NCBI RefSeq assembly: GCF_003704095.1
Contig: NW_020846697.1
Coordinates: 1-64,000, forward strand
Direction: 5' to 3'
DNA: 64,000 nucleotides
DNA from: Pocillopora damicornis
Taxonomy: Eukaryota
Translations under genes and position numbers: made by a program
In this document: in pieces, positions 38,768 through 64,000 of the stretch
Layout: every line of letters begins with the position of its first letter
How positions within the stretch are numbered: the first letter of the stretch is position 1
The notes under the pieces: generated by a model
The model's database searches: none
What the model saw: only the letters and a program-made list of their open reading frames with translations
Told to the model about the DNA's origin: nothing

Positions 38768-40534
38768 TGATGGAGTGTAGTTGCTGAGTCAAGCTTGGAG
38801 CGAACACTAAGGTTATTTACTTCCGGTAATAGCATGTACTTCACTTTCTAAAAATCCCATGCGTCTACATTTGCGCTTTCGCATGTGTGACCGGAAACAA
38901 ATCCTGTACATTTTTTTCCTTTTTCATGGAAATAGAAATGGCTCAAGTCAACACCGCCATAATGTTGCGATTGTGGTAACAATGGAATAGACAGGTAAAA
39001 TTAAATGAATTGAACCCGTATGTATGAGAGCATTAATAACTTGCAATGCGGCAGAGCCCGTCATTGAATGAAAATATTAGCTTTGCATGGGTCTAAATTC
39101 CGACAGTCACTTTATCAAGGCTGATAAGGGACAATCATTTGATCTTAATTACATCACCTGGTCTTTCCAGATGAAGTGCAAGATTATTTTATTTGCCTCA
39201 CTGATGACCTTGTTTTCTTAACCAACCTCACTACCAACGATAATTACATTTAGTTCACCTCATCTGAAATAGCGGTATGTGAGCTTCAGTGGAAAGAGTC
39301 GTAGCGGAAGAGACAACGGTTGAGTTTTTACCCTCAGTCATCTGTTCTTCAGCGAGAATAATCATCCAACCGTACACGTTAGGTTATCTGAAGTTTAATT
39401 AAAAAGTTGTGCCCCTGTAATCTACAGATACACTCCAACAAAGCTCTTGAATTTAGACCATTTTGTTCTCTGGATGCGTTTCGGTATAGTTCGATAAATG
39501 TTGACTTACGATCTCATCATCTTCAATATCATTGATAAACGAATTGATCTTATCATTAATGGTTGGTTCGGATTACTAACACTGATACTTCTTTGTCGTC
39601 CAAAATCGGCGGCACGCATACATCACGTTACTGCGTCAATTATACCTCCCTCTCCCCCTCACGACCTTTATAACAAGCAGCTCTCAGATGTCTCTTTAGA
39701 AATGTCAGGTAACAATTTTCCGTAATTTATCGTGAATGTCAGTTTCATTTACTAAGTACTTATTGCGCAAATGCTCCCGATGAAACATGACTGACTCGGA
39801 ATGATTCGCAAGATACGGCTACAGGTAGGCATGCTTGAGTAACGGTGTTGAACAGAGACCTCTGACTATGCTCAGAGTGTCAGACTAATGCATGATGTTA
39901 TCTTAAGTTGTGGTTATAACCATCGTCTGTTACGTGGGAAACGTGCCACTTAGATTATCAAGAGAGACCAATACTGCATGCAGTAAGGCAGTATACTGAG
40001 AGTGTTGGTCGAGCAATCTTGTTGTACTTAAGTGGCTTTCCTGCATTCCTGAATAAGGACGTGGAAGTTTCTTGAATATTTATCCATCAGATCACTGCAA
40101 GGGATGTTTAATTTTGGTTTGCTGTCCCGTTGACTAGTCGAGTTACTTACTTTATCTTACGGACTGAAAAAAACAGACAAATATCGAAAGAAAATAATTA
40201 TTACTGACTTAATCATCGTTGATTTGTATTAAGTAATTTCGATTCGTAAGTGTAACAAGGAGTACCGCATGAAGCGAGCTGGAAATTCAGCGAAGATCTA
40301 AGAGAAGTTGTAAACACTCAGTATACGAGAGGAAAATGAGGCTTGAGGGTTGCCCCCACGATTTTGGAGAATGTTTGAAAGCAACTGATAGACTTAGATA
40401 AGTGGAAGCAACAGTTGAATTTTTTGACGGCAGGGAAGTGCACTAAACTTTCTCTGACTCTTCTCACATTATCAGCCAAGAAAGATCCTGAATGTACTAC
40501 TTGTGCTTGTCTTCAAGAGGGACGTGGTTCAATT

Positions 40535-40737
40535 TCAACCTTTTAACCCGTAAGAGTGATAAGCATCTAATTTCTCCCAACAATATCAGCCTGAATAGAA
40601 CATAAAGGTCATGTGAATAAAGGAAATGATCACAAACTCAAGAAGACACTGATTTAAATACAAATTCACCTTTTAAATATCTCAAGAAATGCGTAGAGAA
40701 CAGTATGGAGAACCTGCATGGTGATGTCGGGGTTAAA
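40535..40737. mobile_element. Degenerate piggyBac-type MITE (related family)
   Basis: aaccttttaacccgtaagagtgataagcatctaatttctccc ... gatgtcggggttaaa; length and left end resemble the 38281 element. Confidence 0.55.
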
Positions 40738-42581
40738 TACTGTTCCTCATGCGTTGTCATGTTGGGACATCTCTCAATGTATTTAACGATTTTATTTACA
40801 ATTATTACTAAATTAGAAAAATCGACAAGATTGCCGGAAGTCGGTAGAAAAAGGAAAAGAAAGATCTTGCGATAGATCGCCTTATCCCAGAAATTCAGGC
40901 TGCTATAATTTGTGGGTCTCTGGTTGGTATACCTCAATGTGTATAATTAGGAGTTCATCACACGTGCAATTATCTTTGCAGGGGGTCAAGTGGAGTCATG
41001 ATACAAAAATATGAACTTTCTAGCTATCTTCTAAACCACGAGTGAGTAGAAGGCGGGTCCACTAACCCCAACCACCCACCCACCCACCCCCGACGAGGGC
41101 ATTTTGAAAGTTTCTAGAGTATCCATTAGCTGAGAAGTTTAAAAAGGGTTGTGACATAAAAGATAAAATTGATAAAATCTGTCACTCTGCATATGAAACG
41201 TAAGAGACGTGTATCCTACTAAAGCAAACTGATTAAGATGTCATCAAAGCATTTTACATTGCGACAGGAAATAAAACAACGACAAGAAAATTAGACGCGT
41301 AAGACCAAACAACATATAATTTGTCATTTTACCAAACTGCAACAGAAGATAGATTTTAGGACATAACAGTGAGATAAAAAAAAAAAATCGGGAAATTATT
41401 AATGCTACTGATAGTAACATGTCTTTGGGATTTCCTTTTCATATTCGAGATTCATATTTGCATCGGAACATAAAAGTGGTAGATAAAAGTGAGTTTGAAG
41501 TCGGTTCGTGTTGTCCATTTACATGAGTTAATGTCAGTTGACACTTAGGCTTTTATTGTGGCGCACACGGAGCTTTGTTTTAACCACACTTTTAATTTAT
41601 TTGCTTTTGTCTCAATTTCAATGAAAACTTTGCACTTTGCTTATTTGCTCACTTCAATTATCTTTTTCAGAACCGGTGTCTAAAAGCTAATTGTCGCTGA
41701 ATCAGAACAGTATATCTTTTATACTGAAACTCTCCCATTTTTCCAACTATGCGTGTTATTGTTATCAGACACGAGTCTCCATTTCCATCGGAACTGTTAA
41801 CCGCAGCTATTTCTCTATGTCATCTTTATGATTTTATGTTTTGGTCGCCACTGTCTCCAAATGCAATTTTAAGCCTCGAGCGACAAAATCTTCCAAATAT
41901 TAATCTTATGGTACCTTTCAAGGTTTAACGAGGATTAAAATGCATTGGCGGAAATATGAAAGCCCAAATGCGCAGCATATTTCATCAAAACACTGTAATC
42001 TTACTTTGCGGTTTGTCCGCAATTTCGGTTTAGTCCTTGCTTCATCCAGTGTTAAAGGTTCTCCGCCGGTGTGAAGATTGTGATAAGGGGCATACTATTG
42101 ACAGAAAACTTGTAGAATTCGCTAACAGAGAAAGCGACATTCATCTTGAGTAATATTCTGTCTGCAACTTATTAGTTGACATCATCAGTTCTGGAAGAAG
42201 CCGTTGTTTGCAACATCGACATAATAGGAAACTTTCCAAAATAAAAAATACACCTGCCAGAGGCAATTCACTTTATCTTTTAAATAATTGATGTTTTTCA
42301 ATTTTGCTTAATGCTTTCGCGGCCATAGAGATCTTAAAGACAATTAAACATCTAGAGTGAACAATGAATGGGTGAAAAACGGAGTATGTAATTGATTTGA
42401 AGAACGTAACTGCTCAGTCCATCAAGCATGAAAAAAAAAAATGATCTATTCGGTTTTCATATGCTAATGTAGATTCATTCTCATTTCAGCCGCTGTTATT
42501 TTCATGGTTTGAAAAATGGTAGATATTTAGAACAAAAACTGTTCTTCGTTTGCTAATGTGACTCGTGTTTATGTTTAGCAG

Positions 42582-42610
42582 TTACGTCATTTCCGTATAA
42601 ATTACTTCCG
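42582..42610 (+). promoter_or_regulatory. Candidate Eph core promoter (CRE-like TTACGTCA, TATAAA, ETS-like ACTTCCG)
   Basis: Motif cluster about 85-115 bp upstream of the ATG at 42695; TATAAA at 42596-42601. Confidence 0.35.
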
Positions 42611-42694
42611 TTTTGAGTGAAGAAAGCCGCTGCACGAGCTGACCATCGGTTCCAAAAGTGCGAACGTGTGTCAGAGAAATGTAGGAGGTTGGAC

Positions 42695-55567
<12,873 letters not shown>

Positions 55568-56497
55568 AATACTTCGTAATGTCGAAAATCCCTTCCGAAG
55601 AGTCGAGAAGCTGGAACTGTAGACCTTACCGTGGATGTCGAAAGTGGATCACTCTGTATGTCGTGATGCAAGGCGCCACAGCAACCCACACTCTATGGGT
55701 CCACGATTCTCGAAGGGCGCGAGAGCTAGTCCATTATTTAAAAAGATCTAGTTGTAAACTGATTTTAAAGTATTTCGAATTACTTGTGGTAACTAAGCAC
55801 CTTATTTTATTCGACTTACTCAGGCAGTCCCCTCAATACTTGCGTAGAAGATTTTTTCCAAGGTAACTCGCGAGTATAGTATTTCAGGAAATCAGTGGAT
55901 ATTCCACTCTAAATTCCTATTTTCTCTTGATTTCATCCACATTTATCCGAGGACAATAGAAAATGGTTAATTGGAGATAGAGAAAGAAAAATGTTAAAAG
56001 TGCACGGTATTGAAGGAGTGACCTGAAACTTTGTCTCCAGCTGTTTAGACTGTTTTTGTTTCATAGTGGCAACAAGAAGGGCGTCTTTTAGCGAGCGCTT
56101 TTAAGCGTCTTGTTTTGGGTTTTTTTTTTCTCTTTTTGGTTGATTAATCGATCATTCCGCCCTTGAAAGGGAAATTGAGATGTACTGCCATAATTCAGAT
56201 CAATCTTCTGATCTGTCAGCTCGTTTTTTGTTGGTGTGTTAATTTTCATTTTCTTGAATGGCTGATTGACTCCTACGCGGCTGACTTTTATTGAGACCTT
56301 AAAATAGCATTTGTATTGTAAGGATTTTAAAAATGCTTATTACATGCTTGGCTAGGGAAATGGAGCAGCTTTGTAGAAAGCTCTAGAACAATGAACATGA
56401 GAGATATTTCGTTGTGTAGTTTTACTATCAGACATACTTTAATTTTATTTGTTATATTACTCGTTGTTTTTGACATCGTCAAGTAGCGTATAGGTTA

Positions 56498-56784
56498 AAG
56501 TATTCAAGGCCGTTTAGTTAAACGCAGTTTGGACGTTGTACAGCAAAGCTGTGTCCTATATCATCTTCAATTTAGCCCAACCCTTATCTGATGGGAATGT
56601 TGAATTTTGTGAGCATCGTCAAGAAGCTTATAATTAACATTAAGTATTCAAGGCCGTTTAGCTAAACGCAGTTTGGACGTTGTACAGCAAAGCTGTGTCC
56701 TATATCATCTTCAATTTAGCCCAACCCTCATCAGAGGGGAATGTTGAATTTTGTGAGCAGCGTCAAGAAGCTTATAATTAACAT
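56498..56784 (+). repeat. 144-bp tandem duplication in the presumed Eph 3' UTR
   Basis: aagtattcaaggccgtttag..aagaagcttataattaacat starts at 56498 and again at 56642, with few mismatches. Confidence 0.9.
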
Positions 56785-57168
56785 CAACCCTATCGAAGAA
56801 AACTGAAGTTCATTGACTATTCCAAGTGGCGACCGAAGTAAGACCTCAGCATTAGAGTAAACGGCCCTTTCTATTTAGTTTTACATAGAGATTACTTAAA
56901 ATTCTAACCAGTGCACCTGAGAGATGATTAGTTTATTAGTTCAAGTAATGTTGTTTTACACGAGCGTATTACTAGTATCGTTTGCTTTGCCCTATATTTA
57001 TACGAAACATGCATCCATAAGATGAAATGGCTATTTGAAATGTTTTGTTGTCGAAATTTCGGTGTCTAATATGTGAAGAGATTTTTAAAGAAAACTATAT
57101 ATTTTAGAGTTGTTCAAGTGTTGAAGTCCTAAGTTATTTTTTTTAGTGACAATTCCCACACTTGTGGA

Positions 57169-57174
57169 AATAAA
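57169..57174 (+). terminator. Candidate Eph polyadenylation signal AATAAA
   Basis: AATAAA about 1.6 kb after the stop, following a U-rich UTR-like stretch; usage unproven. Confidence 0.35.
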
Positions 57175-57661
57175 AGAGTTCATTACACCTCGTTTTGCCA
57201 ATTCTGATTGTTCAACAGACAGCGTACACGGATATTTTGCAAGTTAATCTCGTAATATTTTAAGAGTGGAGAGCAAAATACCATTTCTTACTTAATGGAA
57301 AACCATTATGTAAGGTATTTATTTTCCTCTACCGGATAGTATGTTATTTTGGCTTTTTTCTCCTTACAAATTCTGTTTTCTCAATGAAGTAGTCGAGCAC
57401 AAAGGCCCCAGACTAAAAAAAAATCATGTTGCTCAAGTTTTACCAATAATTGTTCTATTGACGATGTGCGCTCTGTTGTTCACTTGTCAAACCGGGCCAC
57501 TCAAGTTATCTACGGTCTCGCATTTTGCGCGATCTCTTCTCCTTATTTAGTACATAACAATAGTGGATTAATATTATCTTAAAATTTTATTTAGGTGCTC
57601 TAAGTTCAGACAGTCTGTTGCGAACATTGCTTGGCAGATGATTAGTCCTTCGCTTCCTCCT

Positions 57662-57719
57662 CCAGACCTGTTATCTACATTCCACTCTTTTAAGGGTGGA
57701 ATGTAGATAACAGGTCTGG
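57662..57719. repeat. Perfect 24-bp inverted repeat (hairpin)
   Basis: ccagacctgttatctacattccac-tcttttaagg-gtggaatgtagataacaggtctgg. Confidence 0.9.
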
Positions 57720-58367
57720 CCTTCAAAGCTCTTCAGTTTATTTTCTCCTTGTTTGTGGGATGCGAGCCTAGTTCAAAACAATCGGACTGAGAACACAACG
57801 TTTTAAAACATGCATTACTTTTTTTTTTCTACATTGGTCAGCACAATTTTGCATTTCCTTTTAACTTTTTCATATGTTTCTTCTTAAGTCTGTTATTTCA
57901 AATAAATTTTCCCTGTAGTACTCAAAAATAAATCAACTTTTGAAATACGACTGTCACAATGTGTTAATGGTGTTGTGCACACACTGAGTAGAGTAACCGG
58001 CGCTAAATATGAGTCGAACAAAACTCAATCAGCTTGTCACAAATGCTGTATCAAAATACTTAAGCACCGCTTAACACCACGCACTTCAATGTACTTTCAG
58101 AGAGGAAGTATATTATCTTGGCATGTATCATCAACCGCCTACCACTTTCAATTAATGATACAAGGGAGAACAAAAGCAGCAGTCGAACACAAATTCATGA
58201 TGTCACGATATTTGAGCTGATATTAAACCTACACACGTGTATCATTTCACCTGACGCACCTCCTCGCTTCCATTACGTTAACGCCTGAAACTCAAACAAC
58301 TCAGAACAACAACCACATTTTGCTTCCTGAATGCAAACCAGTGCTTTAAAAACTGTCCAACCGCGCC

Positions 58368-58687
58368 TATAAAGGCGTTACGTGCAGCGCTCCTCAAATC
58401 CAAATAGGTATTCTTAAAATAGTGCTCTCTATCGAGGAGTTTCGTAATAGATCTTATCTCTCACAGCTTGCATCGCCAAGTGAAAACCACACGACATATC
58501 GAAGAGCGAATAAACATCGGTCAGTGAGGTAAATTGTGTGGTTAGCGAAAACTAGCATTGGAGGAGATGAAAAGGCGATGAGTAGGAGAGATCCACAGTG
58601 GGATTGTCTCTAAACAGACTCAAGGTCATACTGGAGAGAAGAAAGCAAATCAATTTTCATCGTGTTTTAAGAGTTCTTCCTCGTCAG
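58368..58687 (+). promoter_or_regulatory. Candidate TATA box and non-coding first exon(s) of the insulin-like gene
   Basis: cgcgccTATAAAggcg at 58368-58373, then consensus donors gag|gtaaat (~58528) and cag|gtaagt (58687). The ILP ATG at 60306 directly follows a splice acceptor, which implies an upstream non-coding exon. Confidence 0.45.
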
Positions 58688-60305
58688 GTAAGTTTGACTA
58701 CTGCGTCAAGTAGGGAGGGCCAGTCGTTTCTTAAGGAAGATATCGCCTCTAGCAACCAGAATTGCCACGAATGTTTGAGTATTGTGCAACACTAAACATA
58801 GCTTGGATAGAATTTGCTAGTAGTAACAATTTGTTCATGTAGAGATTTCATAACGGTTACACTTTCAACAAAAATAGGAAATAAAACAAAGAGAAACGAA
58901 AACGAAGATCAGAATCTTAATTCTGAAATAAAGGCTTTAAATTTAAGTCTTCTTTACACAACGAAACAAAGCACATTTCTCGCATGAGTGCATGGTTTTT
59001 GAAACATGATTATAATTTTTTTCTTGCCATCCAGCGGGTTCTAAATCGCATGAGAGAAAAACAAATAATAGTGACAAGGAAACGCTAGCAGTGCTTTATA
59101 ATATCATGTTTTTCCGTGGGTTGGGATTCACATTTAGTGAAGCGCCTAAACACAACCGAAATCGTTTGAACCCGGGTTCGATAGACGTTTTTAATTTTTC
59201 TACTCTTTCTTTCTCTGAAAAGGGAAGTAGATTATACTTATTCCCTTCATTCTTGAGAAGAATTTGAATGAAAGGATGACGATTTGGATGGTCATACGTT
59301 TCACGCTTCTTAAACTTAAAAAAAAAACTAAAACAATGTGTTTTGTCTGATATGACACAATATCAAACGAAACTATGCACTATATGCATAACATTACTTC
59401 TAGCGAAATGATAATTGAAACGTTTTCCTGTTTTTAAAAGAACGGTTTTGAAAAATATCTTCTTTTAAGTGACCTCGTGTCGAGAATGTAATGTATCACC
59501 GTATTGATCCCTTTGTTAGGGAAGAAACTGATATGCCTACTTTAATTAAGTTGACGCCAAAATAAGTAGTTTATTTTTGAGTATTCCGCCCATTTCGTCA
59601 TTTCTCGTGTATTGTGCATTAAGTAAGGTGGCACTTTCACTATCCTCAAACAGCAGCAACTTATAAATTGGTCGTTTGATTGATTATAAGTCGTGTTTAC
59701 TGGCAGCTTGATGTTGCTTCGTCATGTTGATGATTCTATATATAACCCGGCTTTTGGTCCCAAGATTACTTTAGATTTTACATCCTCATCTCTAGATCAC
59801 AACTTTACATTTTTAATGTCTACATTCTTTGTGGTAGTCCTATCTGGCCAATTGTTGTTTTAGAAAAGATGCAGATGACCAATATCAGCCAAATTCCGAA
59901 TGATTTCATCAATAATAAGGTCTATAAAATAGTATTATTCAGATGAAATGGCCGTAATGATTTGGCAAAGAAACTGTGTTAGAAGGGGAGAGAACGAGCG
60001 AGAAGGTATTTTAAACAGCTAGACTACTCGAAAAGCATGACTGAAGCACCAAGCGAATTTAAAAGACGTCTTTGGCTTCTATGTTGTGTTTTTCCAATGC
60101 AGGTCTCAAGGGAATTTCCCCCTTTGCGTTTGTAAATTATGCACCCATATGCACGTTAGGACTAGATTTGAAAGAAAGACTTCTACTTTGCGAAAGCCAA
60201 ACGTACGAGCTTAAGAAGTTCAAGACATCTCTGTGAGTGCTGATTTTCAGCTGTAATTCGAAATAAGGTTAACAACATTAAATTGATTTTTGTCTTTCTC
60301 TTTAG

Positions 60306-62589
60306 ATGTGCATGGATCACTTTCTTGTGCTGATTGGACTGTTCATCATTATTCCATGTTACATCAATGGACAAACAGATTCAAGTCTAACAGCCATTGC
60401 AGCTACTACAGCACCGTACACGGGATGTAAAACGTCTGAAACACACTCTCCTCCCTCGGTTTACTGTAACGCATATTGTGGTGATGATATACCGACCGTG
60501 ATCGAACAAGTTTGCGACAGTCGTAAAAAGCGATCAAAGACAGGTATCACGTTCTGTCCTATTCATCAGCAAAATTGAGACGTAGTCTCTGTGGAAGCGG
60601 TGCGTTTCGAGTCGAAAAATCGATTTCTTTCAAACTTTGTCCAGGAATCTATCTTAGTCTTAAAATTTATCGAAACCACCTTGGTCTTTTCAAATATAGA
60701 AAAATAATTTTTTTCTGAGCGAAAATCGCTTCAGCTCAAAGCTCAAACGCCACTTTTTAATATCACTGATTATCAAAAATGGTACAAATTGCCGACTCGT
60801 TTTTTCAGAAAATTCTAGTTTGAGGGTTTTGTTTTGTTTCATATATTTTGATCAACTCTTCATAAGAACAAAGCACGTAAGTTTTGTTATTTTAACGGTT
60901 TTTTCACTGAATTTTTTTTTGTTTGACACCTACTTTTACGCTACCGCAATGACCTGAAAAATGCAACTTTTTTATCTCGGGTCAGCACAAAATTCGAACT
61001 TCTTTCCCACGATATTTTTATTCAGACTGGCTAAGATGGGATAGAAGAGCATGGGAATGTAAAAACTTGTTGTGGTTTCGGTGAAAATTTTGAATAGCCG
61101 GCCAACAAACTGCACGCATTTTCGAAAATTCGAACTAACGATGCACATGGAGCGGTCTCAAAAATAAACGAAATTTATATGGCCAGCTTATAACTGACGC
61201 GTGATTTGAGTCCATAAAAGCTTTTTTTTGACTTGCAATAAGACAAAACATCATTAAGTTGAGAAAAATCTTCACTCACTTCATGTAGAAAAACAGAGCT
61301 GCCGAAAGCTGACTGTTAGCTCGAGGCGACCTATTGTTTTGTCTATCAGTCAATTATAAGAAAGAGGAAAACTTCGGAGGCCAGGATAGCTATGACAAGA
61401 TTCAGGTATATTCAGAATATTTCATGTTGTTCATTTAGAAACTCTTCATCTTAACAGCATTGAAAGTGCAGCCCTTTTTATTCGAAAATGTAACCTTAAA
61501 TCTAATAAATTTCGTAACGAGAACTTTTTTTTATTGAAAGGTCCCCTCTTTTGTGTCTATAAGCTATAAGTTAGCATAAAATCGTCGGAAATAAGATATT
61601 TTTCGAAAAAAAAACAAAACAAAACAAACGAATAAACGGGATGAATTATTGATTTGGTAAAAAAAAGGGAGGAGCATCCTGCACGCGTAGCTTGCAATGC
61701 TCGCAACACCGATGGCACACGAATGTTTAATCGAATGGAATGGCTTTCAAAGCTTCAAATCCTGCGATTTTTACGCCACTCTCTAGAGTATGCCTCGCTA
61801 ACAGATGAACAAATGCTTCAAGAAAGCCAGTGTAACAGTCTGAAATTGGTGTCAAGCATACAGTGATGTATGATGTCTACAACCTTTGTGAAATGGCATT
61901 TTAAAGCAAACTTTCATTTCTAAAGGATAAGATGCTCAAGGAAATGTGGAAGCATTTTGAAGTCCCATCTAACTCAAGAGACACCAAATCGAGTTTGGTT
62001 AAGAAACTATCATAAATGGTCGAAGATTGCTTATTCATGAAAGAGTAAAATTACGGAATGCAAGTTTCAAACAATCACTTCGGTAAATTGAAATTCCTGA
62101 AGTCCGCGGAAGCTACGGCATGTTTTTATATTTCCATGCTCTTCTACCCTATTTTAGCCAGTCTGAATAAAAATATCGTGGGGATGAAGTTCGAATTTTT
62201 TCACTGAGCCGAGATAAAAAGGTGCATATTTTATGTCATGGCGGTAGCGTCAAAGTAGGTGTCAAACCAAAACTAAATTTTAGTGAAAAAAAAAACCGTG
62301 CTTGTTCTTACTACATGTTATCCACAAAGTCAAATTTTTTTCTTAATCTTTTTATTTTCTGGAATTGTAATTCGATTCGGAAAATGAGCCCACTTGATAA
62401 ACTTGTTTCTAAATGTTTGCTTTCCTTGTAGGTCTAACGTTGAGTGACATCAGCTTTAAAAAGGATGAGGCGTCAAAGTTTCTGTATTTACCTCGCAACC
62501 GGATCCACACTAAGAGATCACAAACTGACATTGTCGTCGAATGTTGTGACGAGAAATGTGTTGTAGAGGAGATAAAGGAATACTGTTAA
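60306..62589 (+). CDS. ILP: Insulin-like peptide prepropeptide (131 aa)
   Basis: Exons 60306-60543 and 62432-62589, with a phase-1 intron in the C-peptide. Signal MCMDHFLVLIGLFIIIPCYING; B chain ..YCGDDIPTVIEQVC (C-x11-C); RKKR; C-peptide; KR; A chain SQTDIVVECCDEKCVVEEIKEYC* (CC-x3-C-x8-C). AATAAA at 62616-62621. Confidence 0.93.
60578..62298. mobile_element. Second, internally deleted copy of the long-TIR transposon family at 27135-29856, filling the ILP intron
   Basis: 60578-61575 is the reverse complement of ~28870-29856 and 61690-62097 of ~28360-28850. 62100-62298 is a truncated opposite arm, inverted to ~60895-61090. Confidence 0.85.
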
Positions 62590-63399
62590 TACATGTAGCA
62601 AACAGCTGGGGCGCTAATAAAGGTTAACAAAATACGCAATTACGCACTACGGACTCACGCGGTTTTATTGTCTTTGAAAAATCTACTTGTGCTTATTAAC
62701 ACCAAACTGCACTCGAAATCATGTTTTTACCTATACAAAATGGATGTTGTGAAGTGGTAATTGAACTTTTCGTCCGGCAATTTTGGTGTGAAATCATACT
62801 TGTGATTTTGAAATCACGCATTTGATTTCAGACCTAATAATACACATGCAAAAATTTAAGCATGTTGATTTGTTTAGGGTAACCCAGAAAGTTGAAATTA
62901 AATTGATTGACAGGTAAGTTGCGAAAAGACAACTAAACAAAGTGGCGGACAGGTGAGGAGAAAGTAACAAGTTTTTAATTCAGAGTTTGAGGGAGAATGC
63001 TAAAAACAAACATACAAACAAAAACTAACAGGGGGAAAACAAGTGGCTAAAAGTCTGGCTTCCAAAAACGGATATGTAATTATGAACCATAAGCCCCGAA
63101 TAAAATTGTCGAGGAGTTTTACACAACAGTTCTTATGAAAGACGGGGAAGATTACAAGCGTGATTGCTTTCGTGTAATGAGTTACTGCTGTCAGCTGACA
63201 CCTAACAGAGAAAGTGTACAAACGCTTAATTATTGTTGAGAGATGTTTTAAAAGTTTTAAGGAACATCTAGAGGGAAAAGCTGGACGACTCCAGTGACGA
63301 GGCAAAGGCAAGCGGCCGAACTGGTAAGCCATGACACGAAAAAAAAAACAGCTAAAAAGGAAAACAGAGTCACATTTTTGCTTTTATATCATTAACTAG

Positions 63400-63562
63400 T
63401 AATCACACGATTTTTCCGGTGCAATTTGGGATAAAACAGCACGAGTAAATTTTTCAAAGACTACACATTTCACGAGTCTCACGGGCTCATGCAATTTGGT
63501 GAGCCTTTGAAAAATTAACTCGTGCTGATTTATCCCAAAATGCGCTCGAAATCATGTGATTA
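63400..63562. mobile_element. Palindromic MITE (half copy at ~62640-62738)
   Basis: taatcacacgattt..tttgggataaaacagcacgagtaaatttttcaaagact is inverted to agcctttgaaaaattaactcgtgctgatttatcccaaaa..aaatcatgtgatta. Confidence 0.75.
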
Positions 63563-63628
63563 CCTATACAAATTGCACTCAGTTCAATTGCAGTTATAAA
63601 CTTTGATATGACAAGAGACAGTGCCCCG

Positions 63629-64000
63629 TTAATAAATAGTATCGTACCACACATACACATTAACACAGCTCTGACCGCTGTTGTTGATCTCACTGCAATC
63701 ACTTAAATCTTGGCCATACCAAATTTGGAATCCTTGGTTCATTTTAACTGGTAGAGTCTTTGAGCTCGTGTTGAATATTATTTCTGTGGAGACGTCATCA
63801 AAGCCTTGAAGGTGGTAAATGTATTCAGTAGCGCACGTATGGCCGGGCTCGCCCATGTCTGCTGTTTCTCTCGTTGGTAAGAAAACAGTGCGGTTGATGT
63901 AAGTGACCAGAGTCATGAGAGTCTTCTTCCCGTAACTGGACACTTCACAACCCCAGAACGATCTGGTGCTCGAACTGTGGCAGGTCAAGGCACCCGAAAT
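63629..64000 (-). CDS. 3' coding exon of an uncharacterised protein with a Cys/Trp domain; runs off the window end
   Basis: Open frame from the window edge: ISGALTCHSSSTRSFWGC..LMTLVT..YHLQGFDDVSTEIIF..FQIWYGQDLSDCSEINNSGQSCVNVYVWY. I recall this motif pattern from anthozoan hypothetical proteins; not database-verified. Confidence 0.75.
   Translation of the reverse strand: MSGALTCHSSSTRSFWGCEVSSYGKKTLMTLVTYINRTVFLPTRETADMGEPGHTCATEYIYHLQGFDDVSTEIIFNTSSKTLPVKMNQGFQIWYGQDLSDCSEINNSGQSCVNVYVWYDTIY

Noticed and set aside
39258-39387. Possible minus-strand exon (cttcag|..MIILAEEQMTEGKNSTVVSS..|gtgaac)
   Set aside because: Splice-like ends but no recognisable product or convincing partner exons; needs RNA-seq.

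Overview
Gap-rich eukaryotic scaffold, intron-rich and AT-rich. Repeat families and gene style point to a scleractinian coral (inference). Left 39 kb: a tandem array of DBH-like copper monooxygenase (MOXD1-like) genes. It has one divergent fragment at the window start, three near-identical copies (A, B, C) and one promoter-only unit, all inside segmental duplications, plus decayed LINEs, a piggyBac relic and a 2.7-kb TTAA-inserted long-TIR DNA transposon. Two contigs (17958-19521 and 22036-26289) look mis-oriented at ~100-N gaps. Right 25 kb: a complete 19-exon Eph receptor tyrosine kinase (about 975 aa), an insulin-like prepropeptide with two coding exons (131 aa, an extra Cys pair in an extended B chain), and the 3' end of a minus-strand gene with an uncharacterised Cys/Trp domain. 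Most notable: direct MOXD-Eph linkage (the gene pair that flanks the mammalian TRB locus), the atypical insulin-like peptide, a conserved GC-AG intron and 9-nt microexon in the MOXD copies, and a decayed 2A-PHD-APE-RT LINE. Exon coordinates were derived by hand from splice signals and reading-frame continuity; no database searches were run.
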